From Squalus acanthias (taxonomy: Eukaryota), in the NCBI GenBank assembly GCA_030390025.1, contig CM059432.1, forward strand, positions 119,042,001 through 119,106,000: DNA of 64,000 nucleotides, written 5' to 3'. Below the pieces are notes generated by a model, which had not been told where the DNA came from, did no database searches, and saw only the letters and a program-made list of their open reading frames with translations. The position numbers and the translations under genes were made by a program. Positions within the stretch are counted from its first letter, which is position 1; each line of letters begins with the position of its first letter. Shown here piece by piece: positions 62,970 through 64,000 of the stretch.

Positions 62970-64000
62970 TTGGGAGTGGGGTGGGGGCTCCGATGTCGGG
63001 CGGAAAACCCGGAAGAAAGTTCAGCTTGTCTGCCAGTGGCTTTTTAACTCAACTAGCTCATTAGCATTTTACTTCCAGGTTTGGCATCCAATCAACGGCA
63101 GCGGGCGTGATGAGGACCCGCATGGCACGACCTCAGCTGCAGTATTTAAAGAGCCAATCCGAAGATGGAATTTGGAGGAGTTGGAGTTTGGAACAAGAGA
63201 AGAGAAGGTGTGTCAATGGAGTTCAGGGCAAAGGCTGCGCTGCGGTTCAATAACGTTCAATAGTGCAACACTGATTTGATGCAACGCTCCAGCCGATGCC
63301 CTCTCTTAACCTCGCACAGCTGAACACGATGCTAAGCAGCATGAAGGACCCCCTGCCAGTGCTATTTAAAGGGATCATCAACTATTTACAGGTTAGTTGC
63401 TGGTTTATTTCTTCTGGCTGTTGCTACAATGCTCCACGGTTTTGGTGCTTCCCATAGTTAGTTCAGGTTTCAAAAATCTACAGGGAGCGGTGTGGCAGGT
63501 GCTGAAGTACTTTAAGCTGACTTCACGGTTTCTGCAGAAACCAGTTGCTCCCAGACATGGGTGCACTAGTAGGCCTTCCTCTTGGAATAGAGCATGACTG
63601 GGTGAACGAGCAGAGGCCACACAGAGCAGGACAAGTCGCTAGAAGTGGGAGGAGGAGGAGGGGGAGAAGGGCTCTCAGCAGGAGGCCCAGGGTGGTCAGG
63701 GAGCAATTCACCTACCTGAACCTCAGCAATGACCAATCTTTGAGACGTCTGCGCTTCAATAAGGAAGACCTCACTGAAATCTGCCACCTGCTGCAGCCAC
63801 AACTCCAACCTCAGAGCAGGGCGAGGACAGCATTGCCAGTGGCTGTGAAGGTGACCGGGGCTATAAACTTTTATGCGTCTGACTCTTCCAGGCTGCTGCT
63901 GGAGATATTTGCAACATGTGGCCGTTTGCAGTCCACTGTTCCATAAGGGAGGTCACCGAGGCTTTCTATTCAAAGAGAGATAATTTCATTTCATTCCCTC
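62970..64000 (+). mobile_element. Harbinger fragment with transposase N-terminus, runs off the window
   Basis: LRRLRFNKEDLTEICHLLQPQL...VAVKVT; same family as 12619-13032. Confidence 0.75.

Overview
A repeat-saturated eukaryotic window with no recognisable host gene. Its HE1-like V-SINE, SacSINE1/Deu-like SINEs and HER1-type CR1 LINEs point to a cartilaginous fish (shark or ray). The centrepiece is a near-complete endogenous retrovirus-like provirus at 21535-38833. It has ~1.6-kb LTRs, an 18-nt tRNA-Arg PBS, gag, a UGA-CUAG readthrough junction, and pol with a degenerate tether plus a second active RNase H. Its env ORF is intact and looks like a class I F-type fusion protein (lokiretrovirus-like) with an apparent Ig domain at the N-terminus. 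The provirus lies in a multi-layer nest of insertions and carries a nearly intact two-gene Harbinger transposon in its 3' LTR. A second notable system is a single-ORF LINE, present in two copies, that starts with a tRNA-derived Pol III head, almost lacks TTTT terminators on its sense strand, has no in-frame AUG, and has a SINE partner sharing both ends. The rest is CR1, L2, Harbinger, hAT, MITE and SINE material. All family assignments come from motif recognition by eye, not database searches.
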